Virus record (IMG/VR): IMGVR_UViG_3300046004_001366 | Location: 1-52,361 of that record | Length of the DNA stretch: 52,361 nt | Strand: one strand, 5' to 3' | Source of the DNA: a virus | Lineage: Duplodnaviria > Caudoviricetes | Part shown: positions 35,326-44,597 of the stretch, piece after piece | Layout of the letters: the number at the start of each line of letters is the position of its first letter | How positions within the stretch are numbered: position 1 is the stretch's first letter | Notes under the pieces: model-generated | What the model saw: the letters and a program-made list of their open reading frames with translations, nothing else | Database searches by the model: none | What the model was told of the DNA's origin: nothing | Made by a program: the position numbers and the translations under genes

Positions 35326-35805
35326 TCAATCTTCCTTGGGAGATTCGCCAACTGCCTCTTCAGGCAGCAGGCTCATTTGACGCTCCTCACTGGTGATGTC
35401 CCGCACCTCAATGACTTCGAGTGTGTCACTGCGGACGAGTGTCTTTTTCTCGGGGTGGTGGATGCGCTCGCCGCTGGCGGTGTCAATGCCTGCGCATTCG
35501 TAGATCCAGTGGCATTCCACCGGGCGCTCTTCGCGGCCATCGCTCACAATGCCGCTCAAGCGAGATTGATCGACTTCGACGGTTTCAATGCGCGCCTTCC
35601 ATTGGCTTGCGGATGCCTTGGCATCGCGGGTCAGGTTGGCGATCTGCGGCACCGTCTCGGCGAGCTTGCGGGAGAACATGCTGAGTTCGTTCGTGTTCAG
35701 CACAACGAACAACGACCGGCGCTCGATTGATTCGGGCCATTCGTATTGCGGGACGGCAGGGGTATTGATGGTTTCATCTTGGGGGTCTTGCTTTTTGGTA
35801 GCCAT
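35326..35805 (-). CDS. Hypothetical protein
   Basis: 159 aa with a coiled-coil and an acidic tail; co-oriented with the operon. Confidence 0.65.
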   Translation of the reverse strand: MATKKQDPQDETINTPAVPQYEWPESIERRSLFVVLNTNELSMFSRKLAETVPQIANLTRDAKASASQWKARIETVEVDQSRLSGIVSDGREERPVECHWIYECAGIDTASGERIHHPEKKTLVRSDTLEVIEVRDITSEERQMSLLPEEAVGESPKED

Positions 35806-35830
35806 GTTGGTATCGGATTGTTACGGATGT

Positions 35831-36298
35831 TTATGTGTCCAGGCAGGTTATGCGGATGCGTGCGCCCGCTGCCTGATCGGTCGCCGCATAGTTTTTGCTG
35901 GTGCCACCAGAGCAAACTTGAGCGTCATCACGCCAGATTTGCAGTTCGTTGGCTCCAAGGGCATCGAGGATAGCCTTCTCGCAGTTGTCGCGATCCGGCT
36001 TCGATGTGTGGTAAGTGGGCGCGTCCTGCTTGATGCCGGACTTGCGAAAGTGTGCCTTCGGGCGTGGGAACCAAAGGGCGATGTCCACACGTAGCGGACC
36101 TGTGAAGATGGGGGCTGTAAGACCTGCCGGATTGATGCCAGCAGATAGCAGCGCATCCTTGGCGGCATGGCGAACGCATGATTTCCATGAGTCGGCTGTG
36201 CCGGGGTCATACATGCCTGCGCGTTTTCCGCGTATGCAGGCGCGTGGACGTGGTTGGCCTTTCGGTTCGCCCGTGATGTAAATTTCGAGCGACTTCAT
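35831..36298 (-). CDS. rusA: RusA-family Holliday junction resolvase
   Basis: GEPKGQPRPR; KPDRDNCEKAILDAL...WRDDAQV. Confidence 0.9.
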   Translation of the reverse strand: MKSLEIYITGEPKGQPRPRACIRGKRAGMYDPGTADSWKSCVRHAAKDALLSAGINPAGLTAPIFTGPLRVDIALWFPRPKAHFRKSGIKQDAPTYHTSKPDRDNCEKAILDALGANELQIWRDDAQVCSGGTSKNYAATDQAAGARIRITCLDT

Positions 36299-36585
36299 GG
36301 CAGGAGGTTGTGATGCTTTACGAGTTCAAGCCACTCTTGGCCCTGTTTGGTGATTGTGTAGTTGGCCTGCTCGCCATCGCGGACCAGTTCAACGAGCGAG
36401 TTCCTGATAAGCGGCCCCATGACTTGCAAAATCGCTGATGGGCTGTTGCCGCCGTACTTAACTCGTTTTTCCAAAGCGGCGGGCGACTTGGCGATCTCCG
36501 CAAGGGCAACGGCAGCGCTATATCCTACGTTGCGGCGGTGAATGCCAAGTTTTTGGGTGAGCAGTGTGAATGTGGGTGCGTCCAT
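36295..36585 (-). CDS. Winged-helix DNA-binding protein
   Basis: MDAPTF...LIRNSLVE...YTITKQGQEWL (MarR-like wing). Confidence 0.55.
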   Translation of the reverse strand: MDAPTFTLLTQKLGIHRRNVGYSAAVALAEIAKSPAALEKRVKYGGNSPSAILQVMGPLIRNSLVELVRDGEQANYTITKQGQEWLELVKHHNLLP

Positions 36586-36599
36586 TATATCATGTGGGT

Positions 36600-36776
36600 T
36601 TATGGTTTTGATGCCGACTGCTCTTGCTCCCGAGGCTCTTCTTTCGATGAGCCAAGCGGGACGAAGAAGACTTGAGCAGTCGGCAAATTCTGGCATTGGC
36701 ACGGCTTCAAGAGTCCGGTGCCTGCATTGGTGATGATTTTGCCTGTTCCGAGGCAGTGAGTACATGTCTTGCTCAT
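36600..36776 (-). CDS. Small zinc-finger protein (58 aa)
   Basis: MSKTCTHCLGTGKI...PCQC. Confidence 0.5.
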   Translation of the reverse strand: MSKTCTHCLGTGKIITNAGTGLLKPCQCQNLPTAQVFFVPLGSSKEEPREQEQSASKP

Positions 36777-36780
36777 GGCG

Positions 36781-37779
36781 TTAGTCGGCGAGCACCCACC
36801 GGCCTTTCTCACCGGCTTCGAGTTCATAGGCGGGCCAAATGCGGCGGATGACGGCAAAGTTTTCCGTCGTGTTCTCAGGGCATCCAGCCTCGATGTAGTT
36901 GCGTAGGCAGTCCAGAAAGGTATCAACTCGGGAAAAGCCTTCTGGAATGCCTAACGCTTTCCGGGCATTCTCGATGCCTTTGCAGATTGTCGCGTCCATT
37001 GGAACGTCGTAAACGCGGCACATTGCGGGACGTGGATATTTGGAATCATCCGCTTTGGATATGGCGACGAATGTAAATTTAGCGACGTGGAGGTTGAACC
37101 TTGCCATGAGCAGTTCGTGGAGGTCCGCATACCATGCGGCTTGCAGGAAATACCCGAATTGCCATGCGTCTTTGGCGAAGTCGGCGACGTGGCGCGATGT
37201 CGTCTTGATGTCCGACAGGTAGCGACCATGACGCGGCAGGATGTCCACGCGCCACTTAACCCAGCATTGCCAGCGTGGATGAAACACGAAACCTGACGCC
37301 TCGGTGTGAATATCATCAAGCTCGCTCATCGCGTCCGGGTTGGAGTGCAGGGCTCGCTGGAGATCCTTACAAACGAGCATGTAGTCGTGAAAGCTCTCTG
37401 GCGTGACAATGATACGGCCGGGATGCAAGGCTGACGCTTCCTGCCATGCTTCCGCTCCCTTTTTGGTATCCTTGCCGTAGGGTTTTTCGGTGCGTGGGTT
37501 GATCGGGATGTCAGCGACGGCGAACTTCTCCTGCCAAGATAACTCGGGTTCCAAGGCAACCATGTGGACGAGTGTGCCAATGGTCAGCGCGTCGGTGTCT
37601 TTGTGCTCTGCCGTGAGGCTGGCGAACATCTCGGCGGCAGTCCGGCACTTCATCAGACTCGCGTTGACCGCAGGGAAGGCGTGGTACTCGTCTGCTGATA
37701 CGTCTCGATAGCCATTGGCACCGGGTATTGGAGACCCAGGCAAAGCAAGGTTGGGGTTGGTGTAGTCGCTCCAGTTCAT
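36781..37779 (-). CDS. RecE/Exonuclease VIII-like PD-(D/E)XK nuclease (DUF3799-like)
   Basis: EYHA...S; IGTLVHMVALEP; KWRVD...SDIKTT; YFLQAAWY. Confidence 0.8.
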   Translation of the reverse strand: MNWSDYTNPNLALPGSPIPGANGYRDVSADEYHAFPAVNASLMKCRTAAEMFASLTAEHKDTDALTIGTLVHMVALEPELSWQEKFAVADIPINPRTEKPYGKDTKKGAEAWQEASALHPGRIIVTPESFHDYMLVCKDLQRALHSNPDAMSELDDIHTEASGFVFHPRWQCWVKWRVDILPRHGRYLSDIKTTSRHVADFAKDAWQFGYFLQAAWYADLHELLMARFNLHVAKFTFVAISKADDSKYPRPAMCRVYDVPMDATICKGIENARKALGIPEGFSRVDTFLDCLRNYIEAGCPENTTENFAVIRRIWPAYELEAGEKGRWVLAD

Positions 37780-38030
37780 TGTTTTACCTCCCGTGCTGCA
37801 ATCATGGCATCTGCGTATTCATAGGCACCGCTTGCTGTTTGCCGGTCAATCTCGCTGATGCCCACAAACTGCGTTTTAAGAGGAGATTTAGCGATGATGG
37901 CTTGCATTGCCTGCCCTGCGAATAAGTCGCGGAGGGTCATGCCGAATTCCATTGGTGCCATTGGCTCTCCTTGTGCGTTGAGTGGTTGGCAAGGGTGGAT
38001 TGGCCCGCCATCGTTGATTGGAGTGCTCAT
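37776..38030 (-). CDS. Conserved phage hypothetical protein
   Basis: INDGGP...GMTLRDLFAGQAM...AYEYADAMIAAR. Confidence 0.75.
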   Translation of the reverse strand: MSTPINDGGPIHPCQPLNAQGEPMAPMEFGMTLRDLFAGQAMQAIIAKSPLKTQFVGISEIDRQTASGAYEYADAMIAAREVKQ

Positions 38031-38332
38031 TCGGCACCTCCTTTCTTTGGCTCAGGCCGGAGATGACGAGCAATGTCGGCGATCTCGTTGCATAGCTTGT
38101 CGTGCGGTGACGCATCTGGCGCGCCGTCCGCGTAGCCTTCGGTCATGTCGTAAATACAGCCTAACGCCTCACGGAGAGGCTTGGCGGCGACATACGCGCC
38201 GTTTTCCCAAGCAATTTTTGTCATGCGGCGGACGTGTTGCTCTGCATCCTCGCTGGGCAAGGGTGCCATGGCGGAACCTTCGTTGTGCCACCACAATTCA
38301 AACGGAGTGTATGGAGTTGGGGCGCTCATTAT
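38027..38332 (-). CDS. Hypothetical protein
   Basis: MSAPTPYTPFELWWHNEGS...; overlaps both neighbours by 4 bp. Confidence 0.6.
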   Translation of the reverse strand: MMSAPTPYTPFELWWHNEGSAMAPLPSEDAEQHVRRMTKIAWENGAYVAAKPLREALGCIYDMTEGYADGAPDASPHDKLCNEIADIARHLRPEPKKGGAE

Positions 38333-39120
38333 GCGGCTCCTTTCCCCTTGAGGCTGCGGGCGAGAACATTGAGTTGCTCGCTGTGACATTCCTCGAACTT
38401 GGCAGGCAATCCAAGCTTGGGCAGGAAGCCAACCAACTCAGCCCAGCTTGTGATGCCGCTCTGTTCGGCGCGCTGACCGACAAGTTCAGCCATCCATCCG
38501 TCGATTCCGACAGATCGGGAACCGTGCAACCAGAGTTTGCCAATCGCGGCTTCCGACAAGTCTCCAAGCGTGCGCTGACCGGTCTCGTCGGACGGGTCGG
38601 CAAGCGCGGCCCATGTTCCAGCAGTTTCCTCCGTGCCAGCACCAAGGAGCGGCACATGGCAGAACTGTGACCAATGAGCGTCATCAGCGGCTTTCAGGCC
38701 AATGGTCTCGCGCATAGGCTGGCCGAGTCGCACGGCGTCATCATCATCACCCGTGATCAAATGGAAGTAATCAACGAGGGCGTAGCGCTTGCCGTAGGTA
38801 TGCGACATGCCTTGCCGCTGCGTGAGATTGACGCCGCGATTACCCTCGGGGAACAGGACTTCAAAAGGCACGAAAACGACATCTTCGCCGTGTGATACCT
38901 GCATGATGAGATGTTGTATCCATGCTTCACCGTCCTTGCGGATGGTGGAGGGGGCAAAACCAACGGCAATGTTTGCCTCATTGAGCGCGGGTTGCAGGAT
39001 GTCCATGACATCGGCATAGGACGCATAGGCAGAGTTGATGCCGGTATTCTTGGCCGTCTTGATGACGACGAGGCACTTGGAGCGGACCGCAGCAACTGCG
39101 GCGAGTAGGGAGGGAGGCAT
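38329..39120 (-). CDS. erf: ERF-family single-strand annealing protein
   Basis: KTAKN...YASYADV...PAL; QRQGMSHTYGKRYAL...GDDDDA; located near the RecE-like nuclease. Confidence 0.8.
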   Translation of the reverse strand: MPPSLLAAVAAVRSKCLVVIKTAKNTGINSAYASYADVMDILQPALNEANIAVGFAPSTIRKDGEAWIQHLIMQVSHGEDVVFVPFEVLFPEGNRGVNLTQRQGMSHTYGKRYALVDYFHLITGDDDDAVRLGQPMRETIGLKAADDAHWSQFCHVPLLGAGTEETAGTWAALADPSDETGQRTLGDLSEAAIGKLWLHGSRSVGIDGWMAELVGQRAEQSGITSWAELVGFLPKLGLPAKFEECHSEQLNVLARSLKGKGAA

Positions 39121-40373
39121 TATAGGGAGGATGTTTGGGTTTCAATCCATGTTGCGAATGATGCGACCTTGTGGGCGATCTCTGCGGCGACTCGCTTGCC
39201 GTCTTCGGTGGTTGCGGTTGGCACGGCAAGGCCGCGAACCTGATCGGCGAATGCCTTCAACTTGGTTTTGTCTGGTGCGCGTGCTGCTTTCGCTTCGGCA
39301 TCAGCTTTCGCTTTTGCTTCAGCAGCGATTCGGGCTTTTTCCAGTCTGATGCGCTCGGCTTCGGCTAGGCGCTCAGCTTCACGGGCGGCTTCACGGGCGG
39401 CGGCTTCACGGGCGGCGGCTTCGCGCTCCGCCTTGAGCAATGCTTCTTGTGCGCGCAGTTTTGCAGCAGCTTCAGCCTCTACCTTCTGGCGTTCAGCCTC
39501 CAGCTTCCGGCGCTCAGCTTCGCGCTCGGCGGCGATACGATCAGCTTCAGCTTTAGCGGCAAGGCGTTCAGCTTCGCGTTCCTCTTCAATCTTCCGGCGT
39601 TCTGCTTCGGCGGCAAGGCGTTCAGCTTCGCGTTCGGCAGCAAGGCGCTCTGCCTCAATGGCTGCGGCTGTCGCTTCGGCTCGAAGCCTCTCCATTTCGA
39701 GGCGGACACGCTCGCGCTCCGCTGCTTCTTCGGCTTCACGCAATGCCCTGGCTTCGGCTTCTGCTTTTTCCTTCGCAATGCGCTCCTCCTCGGCTTTGCG
39801 AGCAGCTTCAATCTTTGCCTCATGCAGCAGGCGATAGTCCGCTAGCAATTGGTCAAATCCTTCAGGAGTCAGAATATCGAAGGGTGGCAACGCTTGGCCC
39901 TCGGTGACGTATGGAGCCAAAGCGGCAGTACGCTCGATGATGATGCGCGCTTTTTGCTCGGCAAGCAGGCGAGCGGCGAAGTTCTCTTGTTCCTCAAGGT
40001 AGGTTTCAAGGGGAACGATTGCGGCGAGCAAAATGGCGTTGGTTCCGTCGATAGCGCGACCCATGAGGAGGCTTTCTTCCTTCAGCTTCTTCCGCACCTT
40101 CTCAGCCTCGACGCGGATTGCCTTGAGTTCGAGACGTGCCACGCGGGCGAGTTTCATGTCACCGGTTTGGTCGGCACTCGTCACCTTGATGGACATTGCC
40201 TTCTGTCTCCATTCGTCCGCCTTAGCAAATGCGGCGGCAAACCCATCTCGGATATTGGTCAGCATCGACGGGGCCAACTGGTCGGCATGAGGAATGGTGA
40301 TCTCGGTGGACTGCGCGCCAGTTGTTTCAGGCGGCAGGACTTCTATGGTGGGGGTAGTTTCAGTATCTTGCAT
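39120..40373 (-). CDS. Long coiled-coil protein with E/A/R-rich repeats
   Basis: MQDTETTPTIEV...; EAERLAA and EAAAR repeats; TAATG coupling to erf. Confidence 0.75.
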   Translation of the reverse strand: MQDTETTPTIEVLPPETTGAQSTEITIPHADQLAPSMLTNIRDGFAAAFAKADEWRQKAMSIKVTSADQTGDMKLARVARLELKAIRVEAEKVRKKLKEESLLMGRAIDGTNAILLAAIVPLETYLEEQENFAARLLAEQKARIIIERTAALAPYVTEGQALPPFDILTPEGFDQLLADYRLLHEAKIEAARKAEEERIAKEKAEAEARALREAEEAAERERVRLEMERLRAEATAAAIEAERLAAEREAERLAAEAERRKIEEEREAERLAAKAEADRIAAEREAERRKLEAERQKVEAEAAAKLRAQEALLKAEREAAAREAAAREAAREAERLAEAERIRLEKARIAAEAKAKADAEAKAARAPDKTKLKAFADQVRGLAVPTATTEDGKRVAAEIAHKVASFATWIETQTSSL

Positions 40374-40402
40374 ATGTGTGTTGGGGTGAGTTGAGTTCTG
40401 GT

Positions 40403-40780
40403 TCAGTCTTCTGCCGTTCCGGTGGTGTGGGCTTCTTTGTGCCAAGCGATGCGGTCCTTGTTCTCTCCGCAGAGGTATTCTTCGGCCTCGCTCCATAGCG
40501 ACTCCTTCAGGTATTCATCCACTCGGCGACCTTCGACGCGGAAGCCTTCAAGCTTCCATTCTCCTTCCTTGCCCGAGACTTCGAGGACGAGCGGAGAGTG
40601 TTCGGGCCAGTCAATCAGGTCGTGATTGCGTGCCAAAGCGTCATCACGCAGGTCAGAGCGACAGCCAAGCTTTTCAGCCCAAGATGCGATGTCAGTTGCG
40701 AGTGATCTCAGCACTTCCGGCATTGCCTCAAAGGATGATTGAGATTGCAAAGGCCGCGATAGGATATGTGCAGGGGTCAT
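40403..40780 (-). CDS. Hypothetical protein
   Basis: 125-aa ORF co-oriented with the early operon. Confidence 0.6.
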   Translation of the reverse strand: MTPAHILSRPLQSQSSFEAMPEVLRSLATDIASWAEKLGCRSDLRDDALARNHDLIDWPEHSPLVLEVSGKEGEWKLEGFRVEGRRVDEYLKESLWSEAEEYLCGENKDRIAWHKEAHTTGTAED

Positions 40781-40801
40781 AATGGTTCCGGGTTGTAATG
40801 G

Positions 40802-41086
40802 TTATTTAGTGACGCGCTTTTTCTTCTTGGTGGTCGTGGCACGAAGGAAATGCTGGCGGAGGCTGCGATACACACTCGGCACGTCCGCCTTGGTGATTTC
40901 GCCCTGCTCCGCTAACCACCTGATTGCAGGTCGCAACTGGAAGCCATTCCTCCTCAGTTGGATCACGACAGGCGCGAGATACAGCCACTTGGAATGCGAA
41001 GGCTTCGCGGGTAGCGCTGCGCTGGCTAACTCCAGTAAATTTAGTTTACGGCTCATGGGTGGGATTGCGTTGGGGTTACTAGCCAT
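40802..41086 (-). CDS. Hypothetical basic protein
   Basis: 94 aa with a Lys-rich tail; co-oriented. Confidence 0.55.
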   Translation of the reverse strand: MASNPNAIPPMSRKLNLLELASAALPAKPSHSKWLYLAPVVIQLRRNGFQLRPAIRWLAEQGEITKADVPSVYRSLRQHFLRATTTKKKKRVTK

Positions 41087-41258
41087 CGGCGCGATAGAGT
41101 GAATCCCTGCCGTCCTGCAAGCCTCTCAAATAGGCATTGCGGCGAATGTGGCGAACTAGGCGGTTATCAATCTGCGTCTGCCGGTAGGACAGCAGCAGGA
41201 AGAACATGGTTGCGACGAGTGAGCCGCACATCAAACAAAGGACATTGGATACGGTCAT
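41079..41258 (-). CDS. Small membrane protein
   Basis: MTVSNVLCLMCGSLVATMFFLLLSY...AYLRGLQDG. Confidence 0.5.
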   Translation of the reverse strand: MTVSNVLCLMCGSLVATMFFLLLSYRQTQIDNRLVRHIRRNAYLRGLQDGRDSLYRADG

Positions 41259-41269
41259 GGTGGTATCGG

Positions 41270-41539
41270 TTAGGAATGGATGTGTTGGGATGGGATGCCG
41301 CCTGTTCCGTTGCGACCTTTGCCATTGTTGGCGAGGCGCAACTTGCACTCGTAGGCGGCGAGGCATGAGCGGCGATGAGCCGCAAGACGGCGTGAGTTGC
41401 CCGCCATCTCTGCGAAACGACGCGCTTCAGGGTTTGCCATCAGTCGGCGCTTTTCAGCGGCGAACTCCTCGCGTGTCGGTTTCTTTTTGGCTGACTTGAA
41501 AAAGCCAAACGTTAGGGCGTTGAAAATACCGGAGATCAT
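41270..41539 (-). CDS. Hypothetical protein
   Basis: 89 aa; 4-bp overlap with the upstream ORF. Confidence 0.5.
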   Translation of the reverse strand: MISGIFNALTFGFFKSAKKKPTREEFAAEKRRLMANPEARRFAEMAGNSRRLAAHRRSCLAAYECKLRLANNGKGRNGTGGIPSQHIHS

Positions 41540-41742
41540 GGGTTGTGTGGGTGGGGGATGGAGTTGAGGAGAGTTTCGTTGTGCGCTGCGTCGTGCTTGG
41601 AGAGCGCGCCAACCGCATCGCCACGCACGACAGAGGCGCGGATGTAGATGATGGCAGAGCCGTCATTAGCGCGGACGGGTTGATGGTCGTCCGTGAGACG
41701 AGTCTCAGCGGCATAGAGCAGGATGGATTGCGGCTTGCTCAT
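41536..41742 (-). CDS. Hypothetical protein
   Basis: 68 aa; ATGA-coupled to the RHH gene. Confidence 0.55.
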   Translation of the reverse strand: MSKPQSILLYAAETRLTDDHQPVRANDGSAIIYIRASVVRGDAVGALSKHDAAHNETLLNSIPHPHNP

Positions 41743-41909
41743 GCGCGCTGACCTCCTTTCTTGGCTCTGGATGTCTTGGTCGTTTTCTTTCCGAAGTAAG
41801 CTACGAGAGCCTTGCGAGCTACGCTCGAAATGGGTCGGTCATCGTGCTTGGCTTCGGCTCTGAGTCGGTCGGCTAATACTGTGTCTAGTGTGAGGGTGAT
41901 GCGTTGCAT
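41739..41909 (-). CDS. Ribbon-helix-helix regulator, Cro-analogue (56 aa, not in the ORF track)
   Basis: MQRITLTLDTVLADRLRAEAKHDDRPISSVARKALVAYF...; first gene after the leftward promoter. Confidence 0.8.
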   Translation of the reverse strand: MQRITLTLDTVLADRLRAEAKHDDRPISSVARKALVAYFGKKTTKTSRAKKGGQRA

Positions 41910-41928
41910 GTGTATTATTTGTGTGTCA

Positions 41929-42011
41929 GGTGTCAGACACCCGGGTTCTACAAGGTGTCAGACACCCTGTCAAAATGAATTTGCATAAATATGTAAAGGG
42001 TGTATGACACC
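41929..42011. promoter_or_regulatory. Three palindromic operators GGTGT(CA/AT)GACACC
   Basis: GGTGTCAGACACC at 41929-41941 and 41954-41966; GGTGTATGACACC at 41999-42011. Confidence 0.85.
41945..41973 (-). promoter_or_regulatory. Leftward sigma70-type promoter of the early/replication operon
   Basis: TTGACA-17 bp-TAGAAC with an upstream TG; operator 2 sits in the spacer. Confidence 0.75.
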
Positions 42012-42013
42012 CC

Positions 42014-42220
42014 ATGGCCAACCAACGAAAAAAAGGAATTGAGAGGCTAACCCTTACTCTCCCGGATGAATTGCTCGCGAGTCTCGAAGCTGATGCGAGT
42101 GCGCGAGGCGTTGACCGTTTAGCGCTACTCCGCGAGATCCTTGCGGACTACCTCAACACCCAACACCCCAAGTCAACGAAGCGCGGGGTAAAACGAGCAA
42201 CGGCTCAGGGCGGTTTGTGA
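42014..42220 (+). CDS. Ribbon-helix-helix (CopG-like) repressor, CI-analogue
   Basis: RLTLTLPDELLASLEADASARGVDRLALLREILADYL; divergent from the Cro-analogue. Confidence 0.8.
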   Translation: MANQRKKGIERLTLTLPDELLASLEADASARGVDRLALLREILADYLNTQHPKSTKRGVKRATAQGGL

Positions 42221-42295
42221 TGTTCATGTGATCACCTTCGGCATATTGACGATTCGTGCAAATGCCCGCCTGTGTTACAGCGTTTGTGAATAACT

Positions 42296-42577
42296 ATGTC
42301 AGCCTCCAAAACGAAAACGATACGCCTCTCCCATGATCTCGCTGATGCAGGAAGCCTACGGGCCAAGGAGTTGGGTTACGAGTCTGTCACTGCACTTATT
42401 GAAGGTCTCCTGCGCTACGATTGCCTTTGTCGCTCAAGCCACGGAGTAACGACACAATGGGCGAAGCTCACAGGTGCGCAGCAAGACGAAATAGACGGCA
42501 AGATGCTGGCGCGAGTGCTTGAGCGAAAGGGCATGAAAGCTGCGGAAGCGGCTTCCGTGGACTGGCGGAAGCTGTAA
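42296..42577 (+). CDS. RHH-like DNA-binding protein
   Basis: KTKTIRLSHDLAD...RAKELGYESVTALIEGLLR. Confidence 0.6.
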   Translation: MSASKTKTIRLSHDLADAGSLRAKELGYESVTALIEGLLRYDCLCRSSHGVTTQWAKLTGAQQDEIDGKMLARVLERKGMKAAEAASVDWRKL

Positions 42578-42585
42578 ACAGGCTA

Positions 42586-43176
42586 TTACGGCACGATGAT
42601 GACTTGTTGAGTCGTGCCGTCCTTGTTTTGGATCATGTAGTGACCTGCGCCCTGGTGAATGATGGTGGCACCTCCTGCTGCTCCTCCGTGTGTGGTGAAC
42701 ACGCCTCCTGAGCCAGTGATGACAGTCGCCCCTGTGGATGGTTTGGGTGTAGCCCAAAATATCGGGTTCACGCCCTGTGCCGCCATGTTCTCGGGACTCA
42801 TGGGGTTGCTGTAAGGGTTGTATGAAGCTCTTGGAGTATTGGCGGCGGCAATCTGCGCGTTGAATGCTGCCGTGTCCCTAGCCCGGTCTTGGGCTTCCCT
42901 TGCTATTTGGGCCTTCTGCTCCTGAAACTCTCTCTCTATTTTAGCCATGCCTGCCTCCAACTTGCGTTGTCTCTCTTCTTCCTCTGCAACAAGCCGCTTG
43001 TGAGTAATCTCAGCTTCAGCCTTCACCTTCGCGTGATAAATCACGTTCGAGCGTTCCTGCGCCTCTTCCTTTTCAGCCTGGATTTGGGCAAAACGCTTTT
43101 GACGTTGAACCTTTATGGACTGGTCTAAAGCGTAAAACAGGGATGCGACAACAGCGATAAACAAGAAAGCCCTCAT
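42586..43176 (-). CDS. Membrane-anchored coiled-coil protein, candidate superinfection-exclusion factor
   Basis: N-terminal TM (MRAFLFIAVVASLFYAL) and coiled coil, then a motif shared with the giant protein's N-terminus; located in the lysogeny region. Start codon uncertain. Confidence 0.6.
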   Translation of the reverse strand: MRAFLFIAVVASLFYALDQSIKVQRQKRFAQIQAEKEEAQERSNVIYHAKVKAEAEITHKRLVAEEEERQRKLEAGMAKIEREFQEQKAQIAREAQDRARDTAAFNAQIAAANTPRASYNPYSNPMSPENMAAQGVNPIFWATPKPSTGATVITGSGGVFTTHGGAAGGATIIHQGAGHYMIQNKDGTTQQVIIVP

Positions 43177-43278
43177 GTTGAAACATCGCGTTTCCTCCAT
43201 GTCCCGCAAGATTTAATAAAGGTGAACGACGAGTGAACGACTATTGACATTCACGCCATATCCATTCCAATTAACCCC

Positions 43279-43530
43279 ATGGCAACCAAACAGACCGCAA
43301 ACAAGGGGCAGACCAGCATCAACATTCATCCTGGCATTCTCAAGCAGGGCCGGGCAATCGCGAAAGATGATCATCGCTCATTCTCCAGCTTCGTCGAAGC
43401 GTGCATTGCAAAGGAGATCCGCCGCTATGTCGCCATGAAGGCGCTCGATGCCGACTTAGCAAAGGAAGAGGAAGCTCAACGTCGCCGCGCTTTAGCCAAG
43501 GCACCGCGCAAGCTTTCAACTTCCCGGTGA
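43279..43530 (+). CDS. RHH-like DNA-binding protein
   Basis: QTSINIHPGILKQGRAIAKDDHRSFSSFVEACIAKEI; TTGACA at 43244. Confidence 0.6.
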   Translation: MATKQTANKGQTSINIHPGILKQGRAIAKDDHRSFSSFVEACIAKEIRRYVAMKALDADLAKEEEAQRRRALAKAPRKLSTSR

Positions 43531-44597
43531 GTGTATCGGCGCTGTATCTGAACGTCATCGTGATCGGTGACGAGCCGCGCCAACTCGCCGGACACGCCCG
43601 CAGAGGTTAGCCGTGTCGTCATGGAGTGCCGGTAGCTGTGGAAACTCTTCAGATGCACCACTCGAACGCCGCGCATTTTTGGCTGCGGGTCAATGCCACC
43701 TTTCCGCATGAACTGGATAAACCGCTCGCTGGCTTTCCCGTTCCGATTGTCAGCATGGAATATCGTCTTGAAGTTGCCCAAACGCGTGACCCGTAGCGCC
43801 AGCCAGTTCGGCAATGGTAAAACCACGGTCCTGCCGCCCTGCCTGCCTTTTTTCCGTGGCTGCAATGTCACCAGATCGCCAGATATGCTGGCGGCGGTCA
43901 CGTCGAGCAAGTCTTGCAGCCGGTGTCCTGTGTGCCAGCCAAGCGAACAAAGCGCCGTCCAGTCCTTCCGCTTCACCTTGCGGCACTGTCGCAGGATAAC
44001 GGCGTGCTCCGCCCGCGTTAGGTGAAGCTTCTCGACGGCATCAGGGGTTGCCCGCACAACTCCTGCACATGGGTTGCCCGCTCGATGTCCGTGGTTCATC
44101 GCCCGCCCGAACATCATCGACGCGAAATTGAGGTGATCCCCTGCCGTCGTGGCGCTGAACTTCTTCCGCGTAGCGTCGTAATAGTCCTGCATGTCCTGAA
44201 TCGTTATGTTCTGCACCGGCTCACTTGCGCGCTTGCCTGCCCATTTCGCTAGGCTCGTCCATTGAGCCGAGTACTTGCGGCGGGTGCCTGCGCTCACGTT
44301 CGCTGCATCCAGGAAGGCTTTGGCGCACTCGGCAAGCGATGGCACAGGGACAAGCTCAGAAATGCCCGCCAGACGCAAGATGTCGTTCACCATCTCCAAG
44401 GCTCGCTCTTTGGTCATGGTGCCAGCCTTCGCGGCCCCGCTTGCCTGCTCCAGTGTCGCGGCGATTCCTGCCGCCTGAGCTTTGTCAGTGACTCCAGTAC
44501 CTTTCTGCCTCCACACGTATTTCCCTTTCGCGGCATCCCAAACCCGGAATGCAGCGACCCAAGTATCAGAGCCGGATGGACGAAAGACAGTAGCCAC
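43476..44597 (-). CDS. int: Phage tyrosine integrase
   Basis: TGHRLQD (R), SFHSYRH (HxxR), TDH...RRY; N-terminal arm-binding-like region; probable GTG start at 44597. Confidence 0.88.
   Translation of the reverse strand: MATVFRPSGSDTWVAAFRVWDAAKGKYVWRQKGTGVTDKAQAAGIAATLEQASGAAKAGTMTKERALEMVNDILRLAGISELVPVPSLAECAKAFLDAANVSAGTRRKYSAQWTSLAKWAGKRASEPVQNITIQDMQDYYDATRKKFSATTAGDHLNFASMMFGRAMNHGHRAGNPCAGVVRATPDAVEKLHLTRAEHAVILRQCRKVKRKDWTALCSLGWHTGHRLQDLLDVTAASISGDLVTLQPRKKGRQGGRTVVLPLPNWLALRVTRLGNFKTIFHADNRNGKASERFIQFMRKGGIDPQPKMRGVRVVHLKSFHSYRHSMTTRLTSAGVSGELARLVTDHDDVQIQRRYTHREVESLRGALAKARRR

Noticed and set aside
39120-40373. Tape measure protein or TolA
   Set aside because: It lies in the early recombination operon coupled to erf and has no TM anchor; the similarity is only low-complexity E/A/R coiled coil.
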